Source of the DNA: Nemertoderma westbladi | Lineage: Eukaryota > Animalia > Xenacoelomorpha | Direction of reading: 5' to 3' | Length of the DNA stretch: 64,000 nt | NCBI GenBank assembly: GCA_032718475.1 | Contig: JAUCBJ010004237.1 | Span: 1-64,000, forward strand | Notes under the pieces: model-generated | Told to the model about the DNA's origin: nothing | Database searches by the model: none | Seen by the model: only the letters and a program-made list of their open reading frames with translations | Part shown: piece by piece, positions 36,301 through 49,180 of the stretch | How the letters are laid out: every line of letters begins with the position of its first letter | Numbering within the stretch: the first letter of the stretch is position 1 | Translations under genes and position numbers: made by a program

Positions 36301-38652
36301 GAAGGATTTTGCCTTTTCTGAATCGGGAAAGGCATCTAGGAATTGTCTAGAATTGGAGGCAAATTTTGTAAGGTGAAAGCCACCTAATTTGAGGCAATCT
36401 ACCATCCCAGAAGCGATGTGAATAGCTTCAGAGACAGATGCTGCACTTTTGAGGCCATCATCCACATACATGTGGCGATTAATGGCATCAATCACCTCCG
36501 GGTTAAAATGACTGGCATTATCAATAGCAGTTCGTTTGACTGATCCTGATGCCACAAAGGAAGAATCGCAAGCACCAAATATATGTACTAACATTTGGTA
36601 AGTCTCCACTGTGGTAGAGCCATCGGGCTGCCACAAAAAGCGAAGACTATCGGCATCGCCTGGTGTGACTCTCACCTGGTGGTACATTTCCTTTATGTCG
36701 CAGGTGAAAGCCACAGGATATTGTCTAAAACGCAAAAGAATTCCAATAAGGCTACTGGTGAGATTAGGACCTTCTAACAGTTGACTATTGAGGGACATCC
36801 CTCGGTATAAGGCAGCAGCATCATTTACGATCCTTGTCTCACCAGGCTTGTTGGGATTCTCAACAAAATGATGGGCGAGGTAATATGTCTGTGGCCCTGG
36901 TGTTATCTCACATGGTAGGAGTTTGCGAGCATAACCCTTCAAGACATAATCGTCTATTTTTTGTTGATAAAGGGCATGGATATATATGTGGCTTACGATG
37001 TAGCTGACGGATTAAATATGCGAAACTAGATTTTGCCATATTATAATTATTAATTAATAATGGAGGTGAGTCCCTCCAGAGCATTCCTACCTGATAGTGA
37101 CCATCCACTAGACGTATTGACTTAGAAAACATTTCTAATGCTTTTAAGTCATCCATGGATGGTGATAGAAACTCATCGATCAGGGGTGAGGGTTTTGGGT
37201 CTGAAGGTGAACTTTCAGCAAAACTCTGAAATTTCATCCATTGAGTGACCTGTTTAGAGATGTCGCGGTCTGTGCAAGGGTCACTGACTGTGATGTGATT
37301 AAACTGTGTTACTGTACTATTGGGTTCAACTGCTTTACAGCTCACAGGACCGATTATGCACCATCCAAATGGTGTCCTAATTGCAGAGGGATTAGGGTTC
37401 CCAGCCTTTGGGAATACATGTACATCCCTAGCTAGGGCCTCAGGATGGTTACCACCAACCAGAATTGTGATTGATGGGATATCAAGATTAGGGCAGCATG
37501 TCACATATGGCAATATGTGATCTAAGTGCTGGAGCGTTTTAGGACACAGTTGTGTTACATCATATGAGTAATCCCTTTTGAAATCGGGGGCTACAAATAC
37601 TTGAGGCATGTTGATGACAAAATTGGGTTTAATTTCTGGCTGTCCTTTGATAGGTGAGATACTACATGATATTTCCCCTAAAGAAACAGACATATTTGAT
37701 TGGAAGACAGTACTAACATTAAGAGAAGTAGTTTCGGGAATGATACCAAGAGTATCAGTTACATTTTTGTCAACAAATGTCGCAGTAGACCAATCAGTGC
37801 ATCAGAGCAGTGCATATGTAGTGAGTGATTTATTGGCAATGCATATGGTTACTGGGACTACTGATAACCATACGGGTTGTACTTTGGCAATTGATAAGTG
37901 TACAGACATGGAATTGTACGATGGAACTGAAACATTATTACAGTTACATTATTGGCTGCCCCCATTCACAGCCGTTTATCCTATACAGATAAACAGCTGT
38001 ATTATTCCCTTCACTCCTGTTCAGCTACATTAGGTAGGTATCTCCACTGCGCTACAACCCCTTATTACCCATTAACCAATCAAGGCCCACCACTCTGTCA
38101 CCCCTATTATTACCTCACTGTATTTCTACAGCTTACCGAGCTCAACATTACTCATTCACTATAGTTGATCTCATTCCGCAGTTTCCCAAACGGAAACTCC
38201 CCCTATTAACACTCTTCATTACATTGTATTCTTGACTCTTACGATATTTTTACGTTTATATTATTAGATCTCTTATTATGTATTCATGTTCTTGTATTTC
38301 TGTATATCTTATTACCCCTTACCGCTTATAATCCTATATTATTATCTTATATATTGTATATAATAAATACGCTCCTAATTGCCAATCAAATAAACAAATT
38401 ATTCTTCTTTATACAGTAATAATGTAATGGACAATTGTATGTGTAATATTCAGTCAGTGCATATCAGCACATACAGATGTTGTATAATCTACGGTACAGT
38501 TAGTATATCGCAGTTTGCTAGAAATACCAAGTAATTATAACAATTTCATAACATACTTACAACCTACCTATAGTGCTTATTATTGACAATGATTTTAATA
38601 TAAATCGAAATATATTTGCCTTATTGAGCTCCAAATATTAAAAACATTTCTA
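33311..38652. repeat. Composite A-B-[BEL fragment]-B-A' structure
   Basis: A (33311-33506) is inverted at 38457-38652. B (33515-33861) is repeated directly at 38062-38407. Confidence 0.85.
33978..37980 (-). pseudogene. pol: Second BEL/Pao family pol fragment (PR-RT-RH-IN), frameshifted and truncated at both ends
   Basis: YYLAHH.V, RIVNDAAA, HMYVDD, FSDAS, WTDS, NPADDITRG, HAGP..CFKC, VDMFGP, SDNGRNF, LNSRPL. The sequence breaks at LQSRQK. Confidence 0.93.
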
Positions 38653-39189
38653 ATAATAATAATAAAAATAAAAATATTAGGCTAAAAACTGAAAACTTTT
38701 TACCTGTAACTCGACAGAGTCAAATATGTAAAGTGATGATCTGATTTGTGTGTTGCTCTTATGTGTTTTAGTGGAATTTTGAAGGAATTTTCTGGAGTGC
38801 CAATTGGGTTGTATCGGGAATAGGTTTGAATCAGATGAAATAATAATCATGGAACAATAAAAAAATTACATGATGTCACTAGGGGGACCAAGTCTGACCA
38901 TGTAGTTGACCAGCATTCATTCATGGGTTGTTTAAATGCGACCAATAAATTTAAAGGTTATGAGACTATGAAAAAATCAGACAGTAGACAAGTAATTTTT
39001 GACAGAATGTTGAAAAAGTTTAAGATTGTTAATGTCTGGAGAAAAGCCCATTGCTCTATATTATTGTGTTCCTTATTAAAATAATTAATCGAGTTTATCT
39101 GTCTAGACCTGCCTCGATCAATGAAAAATACGTGATTACCCTTGGTGCCATTGTGACACATCATTCATGATTATACTAAGAGTATACTA

Positions 39190-39930
39190 AGAGTATACTA
39201 GAACCGGAAATGTCTGATATGCCGCGGTTGAAAGGGGCAATTAGGATTTCATGACAACTCCACGTGAAACTTGAACTGAATCAACATCCAGTCCCTTTAC
39301 CGTTATGGTTTACTAAATCATCCGCTTGTAAGTTATCAAATCTGACTCAAATAGATAACTTGGCAGTTTACATACACAACGTGAGGATGATTGGTAGACT
39401 GATACAACAACAATTAAGGAATTACTCCAGTTGAAGTACTACAACAAAATTGGGAGACCACATTACTCAAACAAGGTTATTCGATTTGCACTAATGATAC
39501 TATGTAATAATAGGTATACTTCAGCCCAAGCATGTAGATTATTGTAGAAAGAGATCCCATCCCATTGCCATCGTTCTCTCTTCTAAATCAACTCCAATGC
39601 GGTGGGGTGGATTCAATGGAGGCGCTAACAGCCCAGATTAAGAAGAATGCAATTGATAAGAATGTTATTCTGCTTATAGATGGGATGAAACTTGAAAAGG
39701 CTGCTAGATACAGCCAATGAGATTTTGTTGGGATGAGTGATGACAGGTATTTATATACGGAAATAATTTGTTTTATGGTGGTGAGTGTCATAAAGGGAGC
39801 TATGTATATTTTAAGAACAGTCCCAGTCGTTTCACTTAAATAAATCCAACTGGCAAACAAATGAAATTGTGTCTGATTCGAATGATTTGTATTCTGTAGA
39901 ATTGATAATTAGAGCCATTATTATGGACAA
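39190..39930 (+). pseudogene. Degenerate P-element/THAP9-like transposase fragment
   Basis: Manual translation ~39560-39930: PLPS.SLL...GGVDSMEAL...VILLIDGMKLEK...DFVG...IICFMVVS...RAIIMDN. Confidence 0.55.
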
Positions 39931-40136
39931 CAAACTGTATAAATATGTCTAAATGAATCTGAGTCCACCTAATACATCTATACATATTGGGTAATCAATT
40001 TGGTGGACAGTAGTCACAAAGCTAGACAATCTATAAAGTAGTTACTTCATATAGAACATAGCGCAAACAAAGATTAAACAAGAACTAAGTGAGATTATTC
40101 CAACTTGACAATTTTTGATCTTCAAACAAATAGCTA

Positions 40137-40226
40137 ATGGACAATCCGAATCCAAACTATAGTGGTAAAAATTACGATGCCGTGAAGGACGGAAGATTAA
40201 AGGCTAAAGGAAAACAGGTTCCTCAT
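40137..40226 (+). pseudogene. Endogenous viral element, partiti-like capsid, 5' part
   Basis: ATG GAC AAT...GTT CCT CAT reads in frame across the hAT TSD into 45715 (KQVPH|GPPKP). Confidence 0.6.
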
Positions 40227-41099
40227 TAGGGTAGATCGAAAAACACTTTTTCGAAATTTTGATTTTCTGTATGAAAACTATTTGAGAAATTTATCAAAAC
40301 GATGTAAACGCAAAACGAAAAATAATTTCGTGCCCATTTGACCCCAGCACATCTAAAGTGAAAAGTTAAATTTTTTAATTTTTTTTTAAATTTTTAAAAT
40401 TTTTGCAAAATTTTAAGTTATTTTTTTATTTATTTACTGATAGTTCAAAATGTTAATAGAATCTTAAATACTAACAGAAAAAAAGAAATTTGGTAATATT
40501 ATATATTTTAACCCCAGCACATAGGTCTTGTAGTCAGGTATTATTTTGACGCAAATAGATTATTACTAAAATTCTCTTGGCTAGAAGATTCGATTTTATA
40601 ACCAATGCGTTTTATGTTGTTTAAATTCAACACAGCAACAATTTAGTTCCATAAAATTTAAATTATAATTGGCACATTTCAACTCATTCAAATTAAAAAT
40701 GTCACAATTTGACAGAATTTAAAAAATTTAAAAAATATAAATTCATTTCAATTATGAACCATAAGCTTTCAACTGCATCGCTCTATGACATAGAGTGGAA
40801 ACTTCTAAGTCCATTCCCAAGTAATTAATAACAAATTTATGAGTACAAAGAAACATGTATGTGAAGCATTTAATAATTACAAGGCTACACACTACACAAA
40901 TTACAACCACGTTGTAAGGCATCACTAAACATGTGGCTCGCCCCAATATGTCTATACTACAGTATTTAAGTTTACAGAGATGTTGACCTCTGCCTAAAAA
41001 TTATATCAGTTTTTACTTTCAGTTTAGTACGTTTTATGGTTTACTTTTTTTAGGAAATTTACAACTTAACACATATAAACTTTATACAGTATACGTATT

Positions 41100-44000
41100 A
41101 TCAGCTGCTTTTAGCAAGTTTTAAAGTATTTTTTACTTGTAAATTTTGGCATTTCACGTCGAGAAGCTAGTAGGGTTCGAATGTACCCATCTCTGCATTG
41201 TTTGCAAACTACATGTTTAGATGCAATAGAGACACATTGCACCAACTCTGGGAGTGGCAAGGGAATCTCCATGTAATGGGACCCTCTTGTAATAGTTCAT
41301 AAAGTTTAGGTAATGCTATCTTGCAGATCAGTGGTGGTTGCAATAGGTCACTGTTACTCTACTAGATCGTCCATTGTATTTTCTTGGAAGGTCAATTTTA
41401 GGTTTTTGAAAACTCTCAGCTTACTTATTTCAGCTAGATTATTGACTCGCACTTTACGTATTAAATCGTATGCTTATATTCTAGTGACCAATACATCACT
41501 TGACATCATATTAAGGATAACATTCTCAACATGTGCATAATAGACACCTTCTTGGAGAACTGGGAAGATAACCATCTTTTCATTTTTTTTTCATATTAAA
41601 CCAAACTGGCACATAAATGTGAATGACAAAGAAGGAGAGACGTTGGAGAGCATTAGAAGGTTCGCTTACAGTGACATAATGACGCAATATTCTTGAAGAC
41701 GTTGTGAGCCATCTGGAATGATTGACAGGACCAGGTTTCATATTAACTAACTTTTCGCCAATTTCTCCACTCATTACAGCTTTACACATATCTAGAAGGT
41801 ACTTCTGGTCGTTTGAAAGTTCGCCACAAATTGGATAAGGAATTGCGGATTGGGGATTGGAACAAATGGAACAGGTTTTACCGAGTGGCATTCTTGTATC
41901 TTTTTACCAATTGCGCCGGAAAATTAGTTGACACCAGTTGTAGGTCCATCTAGTTTACACATTAAATGGCGGAAAGGGAGTTCATTTAGATGGAGCAAAC
42001 ATATTGCACGTTGTATATATATATATTAAAATCCGGGATGGCCCCGGTGCTATAATAATATCCATTCAAAATTGGCATTATAAATTAAAATTTACATTAA
42101 CATTTCTTTTAGTACTGATAGTCGTGCAAAAGTGTTTAAGTTATATTTATTTAAAATATCAATACAATAAATAGATAAAAACTCCTCTTTGTGAGACATA
42201 AGATCATTACATGTTTTCTTAACTTTGTTGCCACATTGTTTGGTAGAATAACTTGACACAGCTAGGGACAATAAGTTAGGTAACTCGTATTCCCATGACG
42301 AAATTTTATAAGAAGAGAACATGTCTATGGTAGACCCAATACAATGATCACAGAGGATATTCGTGAAGAGCCATGTTATCTTAGAATTTCCGGTATTGAA
42401 TATCCGATGGATGAAATTGAATTGTTGTAGCCTTAGTAGCACCTCTATATTCAAGTCAAACAACTTATATAACATATAGTTTGATATCTTGTTGTCTAAA
42501 TGTAGAATCGAGCGCATAGCCTTTCTTATCTGTTTCGCAATAACATCAATGTTATTAGAAGATAGACTTGCTGCTCCATAGATAATACTTGGGATACAAA
42601 TCACATTCCATATCAGTTTGGTTATTTTTAAGGGGACATCGGTAATTGAAAACCCATTCCGGGTCATTTGAGCTGCATTACCCCAAATCTTCCCATTTAG
42701 AAAAGAAAACATTGATGCTTGATCGCAAGGAATAGGCAATCCCATATACTTGCATACTAGCGTTGATGTAATTGTCTCCCCATTGAAAACTATATTGTCG
42801 TCTAATATGGCCTTCCCCTTGGTATCTAGCGAAATAAAATGACACTTTGTTATATTTAGCTGCAAGTCGTGTTCTTGAAAATAGTTCGATGATATGTTCA
42901 GCAGATTTATGAGGTCTATTTTCATGTTCGAAATTAATATTATGTCATCAGCATAATTTACTACTGCAAATGAATGTTGCCCTATATGAACACCCAAGCC
43001 GCTTTGTTCCATCTCATCAATAAGGTCTTTCAAGTAGAAATTGAATAAAAGAGGAGATAGGATTCCCCCTTGACGTACACCTTTCTGAATAGGGATTGAA
43101 GTTTTAATTCTATGACCGTCAGCTGTTATAAATGCTTTGGATTGGGAGTAGAAAGAATCTAAAGCATCGATAATATTGGGATTTAACTCAGTCTTTCTTC
43201 TGTTTAAATTACTTAATAATTTATAAATAAATAATTATTAATAAAAATTATTATTTATTACATAGGAAAAAAGTAGAACTTTTTTTCACTATTCTCGGGG
43301 CATTTTATTTGCTGAGCGCCAGCGAAAAAATAAAAAATAAAATGTTCTACAGTACGTTTTTTTCCCATGTATTACGTAATTTTATTCTTAAATTGGTATT
43401 TTTTTTATGCTTAATTCTTTAATAAAACATACAGTGGTATAGTGTTACAAAATAAAATGAACAGTAGTAAAATCAATGCCATCCTATTCGAGCGAAAAGG
43501 TAACAATTTAAGAATAAAATATATTATTAATTATTGAATTTTAGATTAATGACTGCATTTTTTTAAATTTTTAATAATAAAAAAGTTTTCAAATAAAATA
43601 AAAACAAATAATAGAACCGGGATGCAAAAAATCTGCCCATGTGGGTAGTCTACCATATAACCTGCTACTCTACTGTAATATAGGGTAGACTTACCAACTT
43701 CTAGCTTCTTTAGAGAAATTTCTCTGGATTCAAAATACTCGAGAATAGATGATGTTATACACATAGACTTTCCGGAGTCTGGAGTAATGTGACCTATATA
43801 ATTGGACCCAGGTTCATCCAAAAGAACAATGTGTTCTTCTTTTATGAATCGACCCCTAGTTGCTAGTGTTACATCTCGCCTACCATCAAAATAAATTCCA
43901 GCTGGTTCTGTAATCTTTGATTCATTTTGTATATGTTCCCTAAACTTCTTCCGCTGGCGTCTTATTTTGTTCCGGTCCACAACTGGTGAAACTATACCCT

Positions 44001-44779
44001 CAACGCTGGTGTCCTGCAATGTGGCAGAACATATGGCAGCAGCAGCAGTGTCACTTAGTTGAATCTATCAGACAGTTTTGCAATGGGGGGATATTGAGCT
44101 CGGTTTTGCCGATTGATTGAAGGACGAACTGATGGCCGTGGTTTATATGTTGTATCACGTCGATCATCATCAACAATACTCTCTGGGGAGTCACCAAAGT
44201 CTAAGGAATGTAAAACTTCAGTTATGGAAGCAGATTCCTCAAATTGTCGTTTTTGAGACAAACGAAGTCGCTGTGTTTTGGCAGCGTCCAATTTTGCTGA
44301 AATTATCATCTTCCTATGACTCCTTTGATCCTGGAGAAAAGCTCTTTCACATTCAGGAACTTTCCTCTCTATTGGACAATCACAGCCAGCATCACTAGAA
44401 CATTTACAGAGAGCTATATCAAATAATAACGAAAGTTTGTTTTCATAAGTTTGGAACTGAGAAACAATTTTCTCATTTAATCGTCGATTAGTTGGGATTT
44501 TCTTTAGTTTTTTACTTATATTGAAAAATCCTTGATTCGGGTACCTAGTTGTGTTACAGATGAAACAGCTGGTATTCCTAATTTATTCCAGATTCCTATT
44601 ACAGTATTGGCACAACTTCTTGCTTCTTCATCAGTATTTGACATGCCTGTCTGCTTCTGCTCACGGAGAAAAAGTAGGTGCTTCATGCATTCTAAGGCCG
44701 TGGGAAGTTCGTTAGCTGTATCCAGATCTAATTTTTGGGAAGTTCCAAAAAACTCATAATTCCCCTTAGAGCGTAACAT
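41100..44779 (-). pseudogene. hATm transposase, fragmented, with probable intron donor at ~43693
   Basis: GIYFDGRRD..KEEHIVLLDEPGSNYIGH; CLLHLNELPFRHL..LDGPTTG; LSNDQKYL..PGPVNHSRWLT. Confidence 0.85.
42014..43200 (-). mobile_element. 5'-truncated non-LTR retrotransposon RT fragment nested in the hAT
   Basis: GVRQGGILSPLLFNFY, NYADDIILIS, KYMG, PSIIYG. Ends in a (TA)n tail at ~42014-42026. Confidence 0.85.
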
Positions 44780-45714
44780 TATCTAAAACTATAGGCTACG
44801 ACTCCTGCCAAGCTGACAGGAATACAGATCTATTATTACCTAAAGGCTTAAAAAGTAGGCCTTTAATGGACGTCTAGCTAGTAGAATAGAGCTAGGCCCT
44901 ACTGTATACATGAAACAGGTACTAATAATACTTCCAGCTGATATGAGATGCACTAAGCTTAGGGCCTATAGTAGCCCTTCACTATGCTAAGCATAAGCCA
45001 TACAATATACAGTACTGCATAACTTTACCGGTACTGATGTGGTAGGTAAGCCTACCGAAATTGGTTTCAGTATTAGACTAGCTAAATCGAGTTAAAGTTA
45101 GTTCAGTACTAAGAAGTTCAAGAATACGGACCAAGAACATTATGGTTCAGATTAAAATTTAAAACTCCCTCCAAAATATCCGATTAAAGAATAAAGATGT
45201 TTGTTATCAATTTCATGTAATTGAGTTTGAATTTAATGAAACAAAATGTGAGATTTTTAATATGAACGAGTTGAAATGTAACCCACTGAAAATTTATTTA
45301 AATTTTGTTTATGGTGTTTGTAAAAAACTAATCTTCTAGGAGAATTTTAGTAATAATCTACATTTGCATTAAAATGATACACCTGACTACAAGACCTATG
45401 TGCTGGGGTTATAATATATAATATTACCAAATTTCTTTTTTAGAAATGTTTTGTTTCGGTATTTAAGATTCTATTAACATTTTGAACTATCAGAAAATAA
45501 AAAAAAAATAACTTAAATTTTTCAAAAATTTTCAAAATTTAAAAAAAAATAAAAAAATTTAAATTTTCACTTTAGATGTGCTGGGGTCAAATGGGCACGA
45601 AATTATTTTTCGTTTTCCGTTTACATCGTTTTGATAAATTTCTCAAATAGTTTTCATACAGAAAATCACAATTTCGAAAAAAAGTGTTTTTCGATCTACT
45701 ACCCTATTCCTCAT

Positions 45715-46750
45715 GGACCTCCTAAGCCACTAAATAAACCAATAGCTAACCCAACATTACACCATCTCTTGCCACAAATGTCTTTGTACCTGATAATGTT
45801 ACTCTGAATGAAGAGAACAATTTTAAGCTATTCCACGTGAGCTGCGCAGGATACTTCGACATAGTGGACCAAACTTATGGTCAAATAGTTATCGACAATA
45901 GAGATTTTGCTCGATCTGTTTGTCCTGAATTATTTCGATATTACGCAACAGGGGTGTTATGGCTTCGTATTATCGAAAATAAATCTAAGCTCGGAACACC
46001 ACACTAACTGACGCTGAACACGAAATTAAATATTTAAACGCGAATCAGGTCCTTAATGTTACAGAGCCATTACACCTTTATCTATGCGAGATAGGCCTAA
46101 CAACAACCTCAAATGGCGAGAGGTTCTATCCAACTTTTCCCGAACTACCGACAATTCCAGTTGGAAATCAGGGTGGATACTTTGGACAAATTACCATTGC
46201 ATCACACACAGTCTATGAGGAAATACCATGTTTAGGCATCGTCGTGGAGGCATGCAGACACACTACAGTCGAAGCAGATATTGTCTACCATTCTGTGCTA
46301 AACACACAGCAAAATGTAGTAAATCGTAACCTGCTAGGCTATGGCCCGTTGAGTCAACGCAGATCAGGGGTTTTATCTCTCCTGACAGCTTTGGATATCA
46401 CCATCGATCGGTTCCCCGAAGATGTTCCTAATACTGCATTTAACCTTAGTGTAATGCGTGAATTATAAGATCATCTGTTGCAGGTCCAAACATTCAAGAT
46501 ATCCCCAATTTAATTCGCTACATTAACTTGTATTGGAGGAATATCTCAAACGCTGATCTGCCATACCAGAAACGTCAATCCACCACCAACTCTGGCAAAA
46601 CATTCCGACATATATATATTGTTACTGTCCAGAGACACTCAGACAACAGTAGGTGTAGCTATGACGTTCCTATTCCAATATAGGAGACCAGGAACCAATG
46701 CCATGATACCAACATGGGCATGTCTTACTCCTACACACGAACACCCTTAC
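45715..46750 (+). pseudogene. Endogenous viral element, partiti-like dsRNA virus capsid protein, main part (frameshifts and stops)
   Basis: Manual translation: ELFRYYATGVLWLRII..K..LTDAE..LNVTEPLHLYLCEIG...FPELP..GGYFG..HTVYEEIPCLG...NLLGY...ITIDRFPEDVPNTAFN...QTFKI. No introns. Confidence 0.68.
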
Positions 46751-46789
46751 CCTGTATGTAAACGCCACTAAGTTAAAACCTGGTGGTTT

Positions 46790-46990
46790 TCCCTCAATAT
46801 CCGGAACAGTAGTTTTGTGTCATATGACACAAAACACACTGGTTAGGATCCTGCACCAACTCAGATCCCGTCACAGTCAAAACCATCGACATGAGTTAGT
46901 AAACCTACGAGTTAACCAGGACAGGAAAACTATGATGCCAATGACACGCAAACAGCACCAACGAGATGAGCAAACCAGGAGAGACTCCCC
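46790..46990 (+). mobile_element. Probable BEL-type LTR 3' end plus start of internal region (relic)
   Basis: GATCCCGTCACA|GT at 46864-46877 is identical to the LTR/internal junction at 3814-3827. 24-bp perfect palindrome at 46812-46835. Confidence 0.45.
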
Positions 46991-47039
46991 AGAGTTCTGA
47001 GAAGGGAGGGAGTTAGCCGTATACTCCCAGTGACAGCGT

Positions 47040-47290
47040 TCGTACTAGTGACAGCGATGTCAATTATGAAAAGGATGGTTCAATCAGTGGTGACAGCAAG
47101 GAGGATGATGTTATTGATATCAACAAATGTAGAAAATGTCTCATACAATTCTGGCCCTCTGATATCAAAAAATTGTTGGATGTGATTCATGTGACAGGTG
47201 GTATCATAAATCCTGCACTGCTGCGTTTGCGTGGGTCGATACAGAAGCAAACATTGACAATATTGTCTTCAACTTTATATATTATCATGA
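47040..47290 (+). pseudogene. Acidic tract + PHD finger fragment (typical of transposase C-termini)
   Basis: CRKC...GCDSCDRWYHKSC in frameshifted manual translation. Confidence 0.55.
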
Positions 47291-47759
47291 GTTCAATTAA
47301 CAATTTGGTCAATTGAATTGCAGAGGAAACATACTCACCCGCATAGGGCCTTTTTTAATTGAATGACTTGAATCGCATTTTAATTGATATTAATAGGGTG
47401 TTGGATAGTTTCAAATTTGAAAAAAACTTACTGGAATCGCTTTGTGTTTAGAGTTGAAATCAGTAGGCCTAGGCCAGCACTTCTAACCTATGTAATATGT
47501 TGGTACTGTATATCCAATTCATGCAATATTTGTAGATATTTACTTATTTTGCGGCTTTAATACTGTTAATATACTGTTATCTTCATTGCAATATGTAGGA
47601 ATTAAGCTGTTATTGTTCAGTTTTTTTGGGCTGTTTTTTTTAAAACCTTGTCTGTGGGCCAATGTTGTAATGAGCTACTACTGTAGTACATTATCCATGA
47701 TGGTTATTTGGTAGTTAGTATCACATTGAACGGCAAACGTGTTACGTTTCGAGCCTTCA

Positions 47760-47920
47760 GTAGAACTTTGATCCCTGGGTTGTGGTGAACATCTGTTTTG
47801 ATGGCGAGTTCGGTATCGATGAAGGTGGTCCTCGTCATGAATTTCTAAGATCAATGATGCACGCCATTAAAAAACTGCCTATATTCTATGGAGAAGATAA
47901 TTCTATGATGCTTGCACATT
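47760..47920 (+). pseudogene. HECT-domain (G2E3-like) N-terminal motif fragment
   Basis: VNICFDGEFGIDEGGPRHEFLRSMM..I..LPIFYG resembles the consensus V.F.GE.G.D.GGP.REF. Confidence 0.55.
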
Positions 47921-48555
47921 AGCTAACACGTGCAAACGTGTTGAGTAACATGTGTGAACGTATTAGTGTTATATACGTGTTATATATAAAAAATATTTCT
48001 TCACAAATGACAAATGTCCCTTTAGGGGCTCCGTACCTACCTACTGCTACTGCACTGAATACAAATACTTCCGTACCTACCTACCGCTGCTGCACTGAAT
48101 ACAAATACTTCATGTGATTTGCGTGATTTTATGATAAAAATTGAAACATTAGATGATGTCTGAATAAATTGTCTGTGTTGTAAATAGTAAAATACATTTT
48201 GTCATTGCTTCGCATTTGTGTAAATAGAGCCAAAAATTAATTTTTCAAAAATTAACTTTATTCAATGTCAAAATATAGGTCGAATTTTTGACACTTTGGG
48301 TTAATTTTGTTCTAAAATTATTTTTACAGATGCTAATAGATGAGTTTGAATATTATGTTCCTAAAAAAATTAACAAATTTTCATATGAATTGGTGGTGGA
48401 GCACCCCTTTTTAAGCTGGTTTATTTGAATTCATATGATGAATTCCTGTTATGCAGATACGCAATCTCCTGGAGAGGATGATTACGTGCAATTAAAAGAT
48501 AAAACAAATGAAGGACTGTCAGCCACAGGTATGAAAAATAGTAGGTAATTAGGCC

Positions 48556-48598
48556 TAGCAGACGTTTCGAAAGCCAATGGCTATCTTTATCAATGCTA
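48556..48598 (-). ncRNA. Minimal type I hammerhead ribozyme motif
   Basis: Reverse complement of 50874-50916. Confidence 0.82.
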
Positions 48599-49180
48599 AA
48601 TTTTAAAAAAGTATTAATTATTGGGCACTGGACAGCAAAGTTACCGGTATATAGGCCTAGCAGTATATACTATACAGTATACAAAAAATAGAACGCACAT
48701 ATACAGTAAAACTCAAATCTATTAACGGAAAAACATACAGTATAATGAAACTATAGTATAAACATGTATAAACTACCACTACAGACTACACACTACTGTA
48801 CGTACAACGCACATACACACACATTACACAATATAAAATAAGTGTACAAACAGAAAGCACATATTATACATTACAATAGAAATGTATAAATGGATAAAAC
48901 AAATATAGTAAAATATAAATGAATAAACAACTACAGCGTACATACAACAACTACAACTCACATATACACAGAATAATAATAAAGTATAAACCCTAAACGG
49001 TAGGCCTACACATATACAAAGCACATACCGTATAATATAAATGAATACACAGTACACAACTACAACGCACATATACAGTAAAATAATAAAGTATAAAGAT
49101 TTATACAGAACACATATACAAAGCACATACCTTATAATATAAATGAATACACAGTACACAACTACAACGTATATATACAC

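Larger units (their letters stand above)
40227..45706 (-). mobile_element. hAT (hATm-type) DNA transposon with long imperfect TIRs and 8-bp TSD
   Basis: TAGGGTAGATCGAAAAACAC...GTGTTTTTCGATCTAC(TAC)CCTA. TSD TTCCTCAT at 40219-40226 and 45707-45714. Arms are mirrored over roughly 350 bp. Confidence 0.93.
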
